Positions 50,701 to 62,317 of a stretch of 64,000 nucleotides of DNA are shown piece by piece. Positions within the stretch are counted from its first letter, which is position 1. Every line of letters starts with the position of its first letter. The DNA lies in contig CAZDFH010000006.1 in NCBI GenBank assembly GCA_964504915.1, positions 4,356-68,355 on the forward strand, read 5' to 3'. Both the position numbers and the translations under genes were made by a program. Under the pieces are notes generated by a model. The model had not been told where the DNA came from, did no database searches, and worked only from the letters and a program-made list of their open reading frames with translations. This stretch comes from an uncultured Candidatus Peribacteria bacterium (GTDB lineage Bacteria; Patescibacteriota; Gracilibacteria; Absconditabacterales; Absconditicoccaceae).

Positions 50701-51351
50701 TGAGCCACAGCGTTCACACTTTCCATCATCGAGATCTTCATTTGCCAATCCTGTCATACAATGAGGACATCGATTTATCGGCTTATAATCTACGAACGCC
50801 AAACGTTGCGAATTAATAAATTGCTCTTTTGTTAATCAGTCTGGAACTTTCAACTTTCAACTTTCAACTTTCAACTCGAATTTTTTTACAGGCTCAGCCT
50901 TATGTGTTTCATCGTCATAATAGTGATTAAATAACTGTAAAAAAATTCGTTGTGTTCGTTTGAAGTATTCTGGATCGGCTGTGTTTACTGATCTGCTTCG
51001 ATCATATGACATGCCAAACATTTTGAGTTGCTGTATAAACTTTTCTACGTTTTGCTTAGCGACAGTTTGTGGCTTCATTTTATTATCGATAGCATATTGT
51101 TCAGTTCATAGACCAAATGTATCAAATCCCATAGGATGAAGCACGTTAAATCATTCCAACATCTTCTTCCTCGCAAGCGTATCACTTGCGATATATCATT
51201 TGGGATGTCAGACGTGAAGTGCGGCTCCGCTAGGATAGGGAAACATATCCAAAACGTAAAATTTTGGTTTGCTCGTATTTTCTTTGACTTTGTAGAGGTC
51301 AGTTTCTTTTCGCTTTTTCTGTCGCTTTTCTCAGATTTCTTTTAAGTTCAT
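47716..51351 (-). CDS. leuS: Leucine--tRNA ligase with a large in-frame ASCH-like plus serine-hydrolase insertion
   Basis: The frame was verified free of TAA/TAG over all 3636 nt. LeuRS motifs are [10 protein letters not shown][G]HPKGY, IN[CGA]CPHC, TTRPDT (CP1 editing), SRQRY[CGA]GEP, YIGGAEH and KMSK. The insertion spans roughly 48900-49905 (see findings). Confidence 0.88.
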
Positions 51352-51472
51352 TTTCTTTGTATACTTAGAGTATAAATGTACGAATGTTCGAATTTCCTAA
51401 TATCCAAAACAATTTTTAAATTTTAGAATTTATAAATTTTTACATTGTTTTGTGAATTTGAATATTTGTAAA

Positions 51473-51679
51473 TTATTCTTTTTGACATTTGTTATAATGT
51501 TCAATGCTTCTATCATACGTCTTCTCTTCTTCAGGAGAAAAATAGCAAGCCGGAAGTTGTCACTTCTTGCGATGGTGCTCTATGCAGTCGCAGCATTTCC
51601 CGTGATGTTCGCATCCTGGGTAGGTGCATGGACAAGGAGTATCTTTCTGCTGGAGATGAGTACATGATGTACAGCGCAT
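51473..51679 (-). CDS. Small Cys-rich cytosolic protein (68 aa)
   Basis: CTSC..CPCTYPGCEHHGKCCDCIEHHRKK[G]QLPACYF, a conserved small-protein pattern. The function is unknown. Confidence 0.45.
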
Positions 51680-51763
51680 GGTGTTTTATACAAAAAAATA
51701 AGGTATGATTACCTTACTCTTTTGTGCTGAAAAAACAAGAAATTGTTCGTTAGTCGAGGAAAA

Positions 51764-52633
51764 TTATCCGAGATATTGTTTTAATTGTGTAGATCTAGAG
51801 GTGTGCTTGAGTCTTCTGATGGCTTTTTCTTTGATCTGTCTGACCCTTTCTCTGGTTAAATCAACTTGCTCTGCTATTTCTTCTAAGGAAAGTGGATGCT
51901 TCCCGTTGAGCCCGAAGTAGAGGCGAATCACATCTGCTTCTCTCTCTGAGATTGTTGATAGGGAGCTTTCAATTTCTTGTCTCAATGAATCGAACAATAG
52001 TCCACTATCTGGTGCTCGAATAGCTTCCTCAGCTGCGAATGAATCTCAGAGCGTAATATCTTCATCTACGAGACTAGGAGCATCCAGTGATGCATGTTTT
52101 CCATCACTGCTCTCCATACTCGCTTTAATCTGCTCTAGTGGTAGATCAAGTGCTTCTGCTAGCATTTCTTCTGTGGGCTCATATCCGTTTGCATTGGTGA
52201 GGCTAGCGAATTTTTTATTAATTCTATTAATACTTCCTATTCTGTTGAGTGGTAGTCTGACTATTCTTGCTTGCTCTGCAAGTGCTTGTAGGATAGATTG
52301 ACGAATCCGTCGTACAGCATAGGAGATAAATTTAAATCATCTCGTCTCATCAAATCTCTTTGCTGCTTTTATCAATCATAAATTTCCCTCATTGATAATG
52401 TCAGGAAGTGAGAGTCATTGATTCTGATATTTCTTTGCTACAGAGACGACAAACCTTAGATTCGCTTTGGTTAATCTTTCAAGTGCCTGTACTGATCATC
52501 ATTTGATTGCTTGTGCTAATTGTATCTCTTCTTCTGCTGTGATAAGCTCTACTTTTCAAATCTCTTGAAGATATTTGTCTAAGGATGTAGCGTCGCGATT
52601 CATAATGTTCTTGGTAATTTTGAATTGTCTCAT
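51764..52633 (-). CDS. rpoD: RNA polymerase sigma-70 family factor (primary-like, no region 1.1)
   Basis: Region 2: [20 protein letters not shown][G]LIKAAKRFD and FISYAV[CGA][CGG]IRQSI (universal TWWIRQ). Region 4: [28 protein letters not shown]. The frame was checked. Confidence 0.85.
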
Positions 52634-52832
52634 ACGGTAATGTATTTTGATATAAAATAGTTTCTAACTGTATGTGCTTAATATATATATAACTAAGTAG
52701 AAGTCAAGCTTTACTATGATTTTATAGTGATGGGCGCCATACTGTAAATTGGAGTTGAAAAGCCTAATAAAAAAGATAAAAGCACATCAGAGATAATTTT
52801 TTGGTATTCTTTTAAATTTTTACTTGTGCGTT

Positions 52833-54956
52833 TTGGCTAAAAGAAGAAAAAGAAGTAAAAGCAAAAATATTGTCCTCACCAAATTCAGATTGTGAATTGC
52901 ATTGACGGTGTTGGGAGGATTATTCTTTTTTTCACTCTCATTTGCAGGCAATTCACCTGTGCTTGCTTTCCTCAAAAGTTATGCAAGCTTGCCATTCTGA
53001 GAGATTGGACTCTATATCTTTTTCGCCCTATGCGTATTTGTGGGTATAGCTATCATGGCTAGATGATATCTCATGAAACTCTTGGTTCGTCAATTCATCG
53101 TTATGATGTTTGTACTGTCTGCGATCCTCAATTTCCCTATTATAGATTGAGATGTCGCTAAATATGAAAAATATGGTGGCTATATTTCATGGCCGATTAT
53201 CTATTTCTTGGATTTGATTTTTGGTCATAATAATATAGCAATCAAAGCATTGATTATCATTTTGCTTATTTTGGTCATTGTGCGAATTTTGTATTCGTTT
53301 AATTTTAGCTTGCCAAGAATTAGTTTGCAAAGTGAAGATAGACCACAAAAGAAAAAAGACGCAAGACACAAGACACAAGACACAAGTGATGACGAGGAAG
53401 AAGAGGAAAAACCAGAATTTGGTCAGCCAGTTTCCCGTTCGTTGATCAAGAGTTTGATTAAGCAAAAGTTTGAAGAGAAGGTTACCCAGAAAGAGAGAAA
53501 GGTCAAACCAATGATTAACTTTTCTGGTGAGAAGCCAACTTTCAATATCTCTATGATGGAGTCGTGAGCTGATCAGACAGTCACTATCGATGAGACATTT
53601 CTTATGGAAAAAGCCAAAGCACTGCAAAATAAATTGATGGAATTTAATGTGCCGATCATGATAGAATGATTTGATATCGGTCCATCTATCGTGCAGATTA
53701 GGATCAAACCAGATGAGGGAATTAGATTGTCCACGATAGAAAGTTTGACCAATGATATTTCATTATCTTTGAAATCAAAATCGGTTCGTATCGTTGCACC
53801 AATTCCTGGTACTGATTGTGTCGGTATCCAGTTGCCAAATCCCAAGCCCGTTATGGTCAAGCTTGGCGACATTTTGAATTCCAACGAGTTCGTCCAAGAT
53901 ATGAAAAAGTCTGATAATAATTTATCGCTCGGTAAGGCGATCGATGGATCTATTATGATCAAGACCTTGGAATCTATGCCTCACTTACTTGTGGCTGGTG
54001 CGACGGGTTCTGGTAAATCGGTCTGAGTAAACGACTTCATCTTGTCCCTCATGTATCAAAATACACCTTCTGAACTAAAATTTCTCATGGTGGATCCGAA
54101 GCAGGTAGAATTGGAATTGTACGCAGGACTACCTTACTTACTTGCTCCTATCGTATATGAGCCAGAGAAAGCATTGAAACTGCTCAAATGGACAGAACAT
54201 GAAATGGAAAGAAGATATGGTATCCTCAAAGAAAACAGAGTCAAAAATATCGATGAGTTTAATAGCAAAAAACCACCAGAAAAAATGTTTCGTATCATCT
54301 TCGTCATCGATGAGCTGGCAAGTATGATGCTGAGTAAATCAAAACGTGATGTGGAAAATTGTATCACTCATATCTCAGCGAAAGCTCGTGCTGTCGGTAT
54401 CCACTTAATTATTGCGACGCAGAGACCATCGGTAGATGTCATCACTGGTCTGATCAAGGCAAATATTCCTACAAGAATTGCCTTTGGTACTGTATCAGAA
54501 ATTGATAGTAGAACTATCTTGGGTAGAAAATGAGCAGAGACATTACTGGGAAAATGAGATATGCTCTATATGGATCCATCTACGAAATCACCAATCAGAA
54601 TTCAAGCGCCATTCGTTTCTACAGAAGAGATAGAGAAAGTAGCTCTTGCACTTAAGAATAAATATATGGACGGATTGACAGAAGAAGATATCTACAATCC
54701 AGAAATTGTTAGCTTACTAGAAAATAGTAAATTTGAAGCTGGAGATTATGTCTTCTCGTGATGAGGTAATGATGATGAAGATTTAGTAGAACAAGCTATC
54801 CAAGTGGTTTCTCAGACGAGAAAAGCATCGGCTACTTTATTACAACGTAAGCTAAATATCTGATTTGCTCGTGCGGCGAGAGTCATGGATATGATGGAAG
54901 AGAGATGATTGATATGACCTCAAGATGGCGCGAAGCCGAGAGATATCTTTATGTAG
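52833..54956 (+). CDS. ftsK: DNA translocase FtsK/SpoIIIE
   Basis: It has N-terminal TM segments, Walker A GATGSGKSV[TGA], DELA (Walker B region), IIATQRPSVDVITG, and a C-terminal winged-helix ASATLLQRKLNI[G]FARAARVMDMMEE. No ATG start is available, so TTG at 52833 (or 52824) is assumed. Confidence 0.85.
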
Positions 54957-54960
54957 GAAT

Positions 54961-55020
54961 CGAGTAAAAAGGGTAAAATGGGTAAAAAGGGTGAAACGAG
55001 TGAAATGGGTGATGGTAAAT
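54961..55020. repeat. GGGTAAAA/GGGTGAAA-word repeat block
   Basis: CGAGTAAAAAGGGTAAAATGGGTAAAAAGGGTGAAACGAGTGAAATGGGTGATGGTAAAT, directly after the ftsK stop. It shares words with the blocks at 3929-3978 and 18002-18035. Confidence 0.85.
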
Positions 55021-55055
55021 TTCTAATTTCTATTTTAAATTTTTAGATTTCTGAA

Positions 55056-56231
55056 ATGTTGAATTTTACTTACCATGTGCCGACCAAGATTCTTTTTGGT
55101 AAAGGGCAGGTTTCTCATTTAGCTGAAGAAATTAAGCGCTTCTGAGATAAGATCTTACTTACGTATGGATCTTGATCTATCAAAACCAATGGCATCTATG
55201 ATCAGGTAATCGATATCCTCAAGCAGGAAAATATCCAATATCGAGAGCTCTGAGATATTGAGCCAAATCCTGATATTACTTCCGTCCGCGCAGGCATTGC
55301 ACTCTGCAAAGAGCATGGTATCCAGTTTATTTTAGCTGTATGAGGATGAAGTACTATCGATGCATCCAAAGCTATTGCACTCGGTCATTATTATCAAGGA
55401 GATGCCCGAGATATATTTAGTAAACCGGTGGAAATCACGCAAGCATTACCTCTGGGCACTATCCTTACCTTGGCAGCTACCTGAAGTGAAATGAATTCGT
55501 GAATGGTCATCAGTAACCGTGCATTACAAGAGAAACGTGTTTTTAAGTCAGGTCTTTTGTGTCCACAATTTTCTATCCTAGATCCGACATATACTTTTTC
55601 TCTTCCCGTCAAACAGACCGTTGCCGGTGTGGTAGATATTATGAGTCATGTTTTCGAACAATATTTTAGTCTTACGGAATCAACAGAAATTCAGGATAGT
55701 CTCGCTGAATGAATTTTGCAAACCTGTATTTATTATTCTCATAAAGTATTGATTGATCCAGAGGATTATGATGCGAGAGCCAATCTCATGCGAGCTGGAT
55801 CGTTGGCACTCAACGGTTTAACTGGACTTGGTAAACAGCAAGATCGAGCGACGCATACTATCGAGCATGCGCTGAGTGCTGTCTATGATATCACACATGG
55901 AGACTGACTTGCTATCATCACTCCTCATTGGATGGAATATGTCTTGGGTGACGGAACAAACCAAAAAATACTGGACAAATTTCTCGACTTGGCTACTCGT
56001 GTACGAAACATTCCACCCGTCGGTGATCCTCTCGTCGTCGCGAAAAAATGAATTCAATCTGTAAGAAAATTTTGGACTCAGCTCTGAGCTCCTTCTACAT
56101 TACGTGAAGTAGATGTCGTTGCACCAGATATTTCTGTGTTGGTCGATAAAATTTTGGTTAATGGCCCTATCTGATCATTTGTCTCATTATGAGAAAAAGA
56201 AGTCATTGAGATCTTGGAGAATAGTATGTAA
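55056..56231 (+). CDS. Iron-containing alcohol dehydrogenase (butanol dehydrogenase / YqhD-like)
   Basis: FILAV[G][G][G]STIDASK, LAAT[G]SEMN and QD[CGA]ATHTIEHALSAVYDITHG (conserved DWatH..eH). The frame was checked. Confidence 0.85.
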
Positions 56232-56411
56232 GTAACATCGGTATATATAAGCTATAGATACATTATTTTCTTTCTGTGGGTATACTCTTGCCTTGATTGC
56301 AAAAATCTCTTATTTGGGGTTTTTTTCTCATAAAACGATGCCTGGTTAATTTGCAAAAAATTTAATTCTAGATATAATTATTGAGTATTTTAATCACATT
56401 TTTTGAAGTCT

Positions 56412-58475
56412 ATGGGGAAAATCTCTACAAACTATTATAGTGTGCTCGGAGTCTCTCAGTCAGCTTCTGGTGCTGACATCAAAAAAGCTTATCGTCAAAA
56501 AGCCCTTCTGCTTCACCCTGATAAGAATCCATGAAACAAAATTGCTGAAGAGCAGTTTAAGGCAACAGCCGAAGCTTATGATGTCCTATCAGACGTATTC
56601 AAAAGAAGTAAATATGATGAATATGTCCGTTTGTGATGAACATGACATGATTTTTCTGCGCCACAAAAAGATGCGCCAAAAGACCTCCATTTTGTAGAAG
56701 ATGTAATAAAAGATATAGAGAGATATAACAAAGCCGCACAAGATCTTGCCAAAAAAATTAGTAATGCCACGAGGATTCATATCCCTTCTGGTTGAAATAG
56801 CACAGATAGGCAGATTATAGAATCCCTGGCTGATTCTCTCAGTAGTCTTATGGCTAGTTCTGCACAAATACAATATGATAATGCTGTCGATAAACTATAC
56901 GGTGAATTGAAAGCTAATATGCTGAATACATTGAAGAGATGTGTCTCTGTACAGGCACAATGATGAGTAGCTCAGTATATTTGTTCTCTAAAAGATAATA
57001 CCAGGAATATGCTTGCTGATGCTTTGGCTATCGTGGCAGAAGAAGCAATACAGCTCAAGTTTGCTCAAAGATTGTCGGAATATAATGATAAAAATGCGAG
57101 TGATGTCTTGCCTAGAGCAATCCAAAATGCTAAACATTATGCAGTCAGAAAAATATTAGTTGATGATTTGTGTTCATATTCTGATTGAACGAGAAATAGT
57201 TGTGCTGATAGTCTTGCTTATGTGCCAGAAGAAGATTTAGCTTTATTATTAGCCAAAAGACTTTCTCAATATACTGACTGGGATGTTGTCCCCATCGTGC
57301 CTAAGGCAATCAAAAATGCAAAACATTATACAGTAAGGAAAATATTGGTTGAAGATTTGTGTGCCTATAAGGATCAGACAAGGAATGCGTGTGCAGATAG
57401 TATTGCTTATGTTCCCGAGGATGAATTGCAACTTCTCTTGGCTAATCGTCTCTCTCAATATAATGATACCCATGCAAAAGATCTTTTACCCAAGGCTATC
57501 AAAAATGCTACATATTATTCAGTAAGGAAAGTCCTGGTTAATGATTTATGTGCCTATGGACCTGGAGGGAAGAAAAAAAGTGAAGGTATCAGAACTGCCG
57601 TTACAGACTCTTTTCCTTATGTTGAAGAAGATTTGCAATTATTATTGGCTAAACAGTTGATCAAGTATAATGATAAAGAAGCAAGATCTGCTCTTTTAAA
57701 GATAATTCCCAAAGCCAAATCCTCAACAGTACAGAAATTATTAGTAGAAGATTTTTGTAGGTATTCTAATGTGTCTATCGCAACACTTTCTAGCCTTGTA
57801 TTATCAATTACTGATGCAGAAATTAAGAAAATCATAGTACATCGTATGGCAGTAAGTAATGAAGTTCAGGAAAATATGGATAAGGTAATAAAATTCATGG
57901 ATTATGATGTCCAATGATTTGTTGAGCCCTTAACTTTGTTTTTGACGAATGATGTGGCCAATGAAAAATATATTTTCAATGAGATCAATGGTCTACAAGA
58001 TGGTACGAAACAAACACTAGTAGAGCATGTACATAATAGATTGCAGACTATGCAAGAGAATATAATAAAATTTAGAAATGAAATATCTAGCTTACCACCT
58101 AAAGATTCTCTTGATAATGATTTCTCTCAGAAAGTTGCTCTTATGCAGGAGTATAAAAATCAAATGACGCCACTTGAGGTGGAGTATAAACAATATATAC
58201 AGAAAAAGACAAATAAGGAAAGTAAAACGGAATCCAAACTTAAGAATCTTTTTGTTAAAAAAGAAAAATACCGTAAAGAAATAGATGTATTGATCCCTAA
58301 GATAGAAGCACTTGAGGTACAACTTGAGGAATTGAAGACTAAATATGCTCTTGCTCGTGATGAGAAGGAGAATGTGCAATCAATATTGATGACTTTACAG
58401 AACAAAGAAAGTCAATTAAGTACACTAGTTGCACAATTTGAAATACTACAGAAACATTATCAGATGCTGGTGTAA
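56412..58475 (+). CDS. J-domain protein with four tandem repeats of about 65 aa and a coiled-coil tail (687 aa)
   Basis: [33 protein letters not shown] (HPD). The repeats are ..EE(D/E)[34 protein letters not shown]..., four copies. The frame was checked across the three track ORFs. Confidence 0.7.
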
Positions 58476-58491
58476 CATATATTCTATTGCC

Positions 58492-59538
58492 TTATGTAGT
58501 GCGTTCCAATTTTTTCATAAGACTATCAAAGCCGTGCTTCACGTCTATATCTACAAGTTCTATTTGTGCAAATACTTTTTTGGCTTCAGTGACGTATTCC
58601 GAAATTTTTTCTTTGCCCCAAGCTATGGCTCCTGATGATTCAAACATCTGTTTGAGTTGTGTTACTTGTTCTTCCGTTACTTTATTGCCTAGACACTTTT
58701 TGAGTAAGACCTTTTCTTCTTCCGTTCCATTTGTAAAAATATAATGAGTGAAGTATGTCTGTTGTCCTTCTTGGATATCAGTAAATACGGATTTCGTCTT
58801 ATCGGCTCCTGTAAGATCAAAGAGATCATCTCTCAGCTGAAATGCAAGTCATAGATTCTCGGCTAATTGTTTGACGAGTTCTAGCGTCTCAGCATTAGCT
58901 CCTGCCAACATTGCTCATGTAGTCATTGGTCTGATGAATGTATATCAAGCTGTCTTGTAGAGATTTTTTTTGCTTATCATTTCTAGCGATTCTGGTGGTG
59001 ATACACTCAGATCTACATCTATCATTTGTCCCAATATTACCTCTTCTATCATGCTGTGAATATTCTCTCTTGCAGACTTAAGAAAAGGTGTGGGGAAATT
59101 ATATTCCTTATATAATAATTCGGATACTCGTCCCAACATCAGATCTCCTACTAATATTGCTTGTCATTCTGCGGCATGATGTTTGTCTCTGACGTCGTCC
59201 AATAATGTCTCTACGAAGCCATGCATTGTAGATACATTATGTCTTTTGTCTGCACTATCAATGATATCGTCATGAATCAATGCCATGGCATGAAATACTT
59301 CAAACATGACTGCAAATTTTATGATCTCTTTTTCTTCTCTCCCTCCTAGTCCTGTATACACTGCTCGTACACAATATGGTCTAAGTCTTTTCCCTCCAGA
59401 AAAAATAAATGTCTGGATATATTCCATAATCTTCTTGAGTCTTTTGTTGTCCAATAGATCGACAGACAAAGCAATCTTTTGCTCGATGTAGGTCTGGAGC
59501 ACACCATCAAAAGTGGTTTTGAAATCTACTAAATCCAT
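58492..59538 (-). CDS. Polyprenyl diphosphate synthase (FPP/GGPP synthase family)
   Basis: LIHDDIID (first DDxxD) and FQLRDDLFD (second). The frame was checked. Confidence 0.8.
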
Positions 59539-59642
59539 TGTTTACTTAAATAAAGGTAAAAAGTGGTTTAATGAAATACGAAGTAAAAATGAAGAATGGC
59601 GGGGCCTTTTATCTATAAGGAAATCCTTGATTCTTCATAGTC

Positions 59643-59675
59643 GTAGACCTTAATTCCTGTCTACCGCAGGCAGGC
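59643..59675. repeat. GC-rich 3' hairpin module (complement: GCCTGCCTGCGGTAGACAGG...)
   Basis: It directly abuts the TAA of the RNHCP gene. It shares GCCTGCCTG..GGTAGACAGG with 29099-29122 and GCCTGCCTG with 22727-22735. Confidence 0.65.
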
Positions 59676-59987
59676 TTAATTCGAGTCCATCTTATATTTC
59701 TTAATGTAATTATCTAATTCAGTCACTTCATCATCATCAGCTCTTTTGTTTCGATGCTTTTTGCCACATATTTCACAGACAAATAATATTTTCATTCCAC
59801 CATTTTTGATTTCATAAGCGGTGGGATACATCTTGCCATGGCATTCTGTTGCTCTATCGCCAGGAATATTCCCATCGACATGGAGCGATACAAAACAATG
59901 AGGGCAATGATTTCTACAGGTTTTCGAAGCTTGGCTTATTTCTTGCTTGCAATTGATACAGATAAATGATTCGTTTATTTTCTTCAT
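59676..59987 (-). CDS. RNHCP-domain zinc-ribbon protein
   Basis: CINCKQ...C-RNHCP-HCF...CEICGKKH. I prefer the ATG at 59987 (MKKINESF); the track ORF start at 60059 lies inside repeat copy C. Confidence 0.6.
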   Translation of the reverse strand: MKKINESFICINCKQEISQASKTCRNHCPHCFVSLHVDGNIPGDRATECHGKMYPTAYEIKNGGMKILFVCEICGKKHRNKRADDDEVTELDNYIKKYKMDSN

Positions 59988-60039
59988 AATTTTCTTATGG
60001 CAGATAAACATCTTTATATCAAATTTACTATTTTCAATC

Positions 60040-60124
60040 TTCAACATACACACCATCATATTGATTAGCTACGGTAGACGCATGCAATGCGTCTCTACAT
60101 CGCTTGTGGTGTGGATTTTAAACC
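60040..60124. repeat. Palindromic repeat element, copy C
   Basis: TTCAACATACACACC..TAGCTACGG-TAGACGCATGCAATGCGTCTCTAC..TGTGGTGTGG..TTAAACC. It aligns with copy B along its length. Confidence 0.75.
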
Positions 60125-60423
60125 GAGTAGCGGTAGCGATCATACATATACTCCTAAGAGTACAGTGGGTAGCTCCGCCATGGCATACACCATGGTTTTG
60201 TGGCTCCCAGATTTAATTTAGGAAGTAATATTGGCGTACCATCAACAGCCAACTACTCAGCACTGGCAATAATACTAATATCTCTATTTTTTTCAAGTCT
60301 ACAATGTCCAGTGCTGAAACTTTTCAAGTTATCGGAATTTGCTGGTTTTGTAATCATTTCTTAATTTTTAAATGGTACATTAATTATTAAAGTTCTAAAA
60401 TTCTTTAATTTTCAAATTAAAGA

Positions 60424-60447
60424 AAAAACGCTCTGAAGAGCGCTTTC
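60424..60447 (-). terminator. Rho-independent terminator of the RRM gene
   Basis: On the minus strand: AGCGCTC-TTCA-GAGCGTT followed by TTTT. Confidence 0.7.
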
Positions 60448-60465
60448 TGGAAATTATTATACTCA

Positions 60466-60807
60466 TTAAAATAAGTTTTCATCCTCTTCTGTCTGTGTAG
60501 ATTCCTTTGCGTCTTCTGCTGCTTGCATTCTTTCTGGATTTTCTTTGGCGAAATCTACTTTGACAACTCTACCCATGATTTCTTTCCCGTCCATTTCCTT
60601 CTGAGCATTAGTTGCGTCTTCTGGATTGACAAATTCTACGAAACCAAATCACCTACTTTTACCAGTTTCTTTGTCTAATTTGACTCTAGCGAAAGCTACT
60701 TCACCAAATTTTGAAAATTCTTCTCTGAGATCTTTTCATCTCAATTTCCAATTTAATCCACCAACAAATAGTTTGGTCTGACTAATAATAGTCTGTTCGT
60801 CTGACAT
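60466..60807 (-). CDS. RRM-type RNA-binding protein
   Basis: RNP-2 KLFVGGL and RNP-1 R[G]FGFVEF. The C-terminus is acidic. Confidence 0.85.
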
Positions 60808-60981
60808 GTACCTTCTCCAATAAAGAATAAATAACTGAAACTCGCCTAGGCGAGGATTCCAGCATGAAAAATTTATTGTTCCCTGAGAAAATTACAAGAT
60901 GAATTATCTCAAACCATCAAAAAAACTTGATATAAACAAAAAAATAGGAGAAATTGGTTCTTTTGTTTTCTTATATAAAAT

Positions 60982-61009
60982 TTGCAAAAAAAGCGTATCT
61001 GAGTATACT
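60982..61009 (+). promoter_or_regulatory. Sigma-70-type promoter (TTGCAA-16-TATACT)
   Basis: Hexamers at 60982-60987 and 61004-61009. A 5' leader hairpin GTCCGAC-ATA-GTCGGAC lies at 61024-61042. Confidence 0.55.
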
Positions 61010-61116
61010 TATTGAAGTGATAAAAGTCCGACATAGTCGGACGATAAAATGATAAAATGTCCAAAAACTTTATGGATGCTTTATCGCTTTAGGATTTTAA
61101 CACTTTATCATTGTAT

Positions 61117-62247
61117 ATGGCTGATACACAAGCAAGCGTGACTCCAGTTACAGAGCCAGTTTCTACATCTACACTTCCACCAGTTACCCATACTGATTTT
61201 TTCGGCTGATCGGAAGATATTTTTAGTAATCCTGCATTCGTCAAAGCAGATGTAGACCCAGTAATCAAACCAGAACTTCACATGCCAGACGAAGATGGGT
61301 CTGTGACGAGTGATGAGTTGGAAGTTGCCAATAAAGTCATTGAACCAATTATAGAGCCTGTTGTACAACCAGTTGTAGCATCCGTCCCTGAGCGACTAAA
61401 TCCTTCTTTTGCGGAGCCAGAGGCAGTAGCTCCTGTTTTCCAACCAGAAATCCCAAGCCCAGCACCTTTTACATCACCTATCGAAGAGGTTGCTCCTGTG
61501 GTCGAAACAGTAGTTCCCGTCGTTGAGGAGCCAGTACATGACGCAGAGTCAGAAGAGATAGTTACAAATCCCAATCCACAAGTTTCAAGTCCAGAACCTT
61601 TTAGTTCACCTATCGAAGAAGTCCCTGTAGTAGAAGATGTTGTCCCTATGGTTGAAGAACCAGTAGAGGAAGAAGGGTCAAAAGAGAAAATAGAGGAATG
61701 AGTAGAGGAAAAAATTGAGGAATGAGAGGAGGAAGAAAAACAGGAAGAACAAGTTTTGAGAGAGAAAGAGCCGATTGCTGATGTCTCTACGTCGGAGCTT
61801 ACTCAAAAGTTTATGGAGCTTTTCCATATGACTAAAAAAGTCGCAGAACTCAAAAAAACTGAAGATTGATTTACTCTTCTGTGAGCTGATAATGATAAGG
61901 TAAATATTACGTACAAAGTATTCCCTGGAGATGAAGAGTACCCTATGGTCTCTATTACCAAAGAGGAAACTGATAAAGAACAGGATGAACAATCTTCTCA
62001 TGAATTGAGCTTTTATCTGGATGAACAAGGTACTTCGCTCAATGTCAATCTGGATGATTTCCTTCTTTTTGAAGAAAGGGCTGATCTCCAAGATGATGTC
62101 AAAAAGAGAATGCAAGTATCAGATAAATTAAACAAATTCACCTTCTTGATGTCAGAAGAAATAAGAAAATTGGAGAAGGAATTGAAGGAGAAGGAAGCTG
62201 AAGAGCAAGAGAAGAAGAAGTTGCAAGATATCTTTAGAAATTTCTAG
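61117..62247 (+). CDS. Acidic Pro/Glu/Val-rich repeat protein (376 aa)
   Basis: Track ORFs 61282-61701 and 61945-62247 are in frame with the ATG at 61117. There is an internal duplication SP(A/E)PF(T/S)SPIEEV.PVVE.VVP.VEEPV. Confidence 0.55.
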
Positions 62248-62276
62248 TAGCAAAATATATATTTTCGAATATGCGA

Positions 62277-62302
62277 AAAGCCCCGGTACGGGGCTCTTTT
62301 TT
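62277..62302. terminator. Bidirectional Rho-independent terminator
   Basis: AAAAGCCCC-GGTAC-GGGGCTCTTTTTT, between convergent genes. Confidence 0.75.
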
Positions 62303-62317
62303 AATGCGTTTATAATC

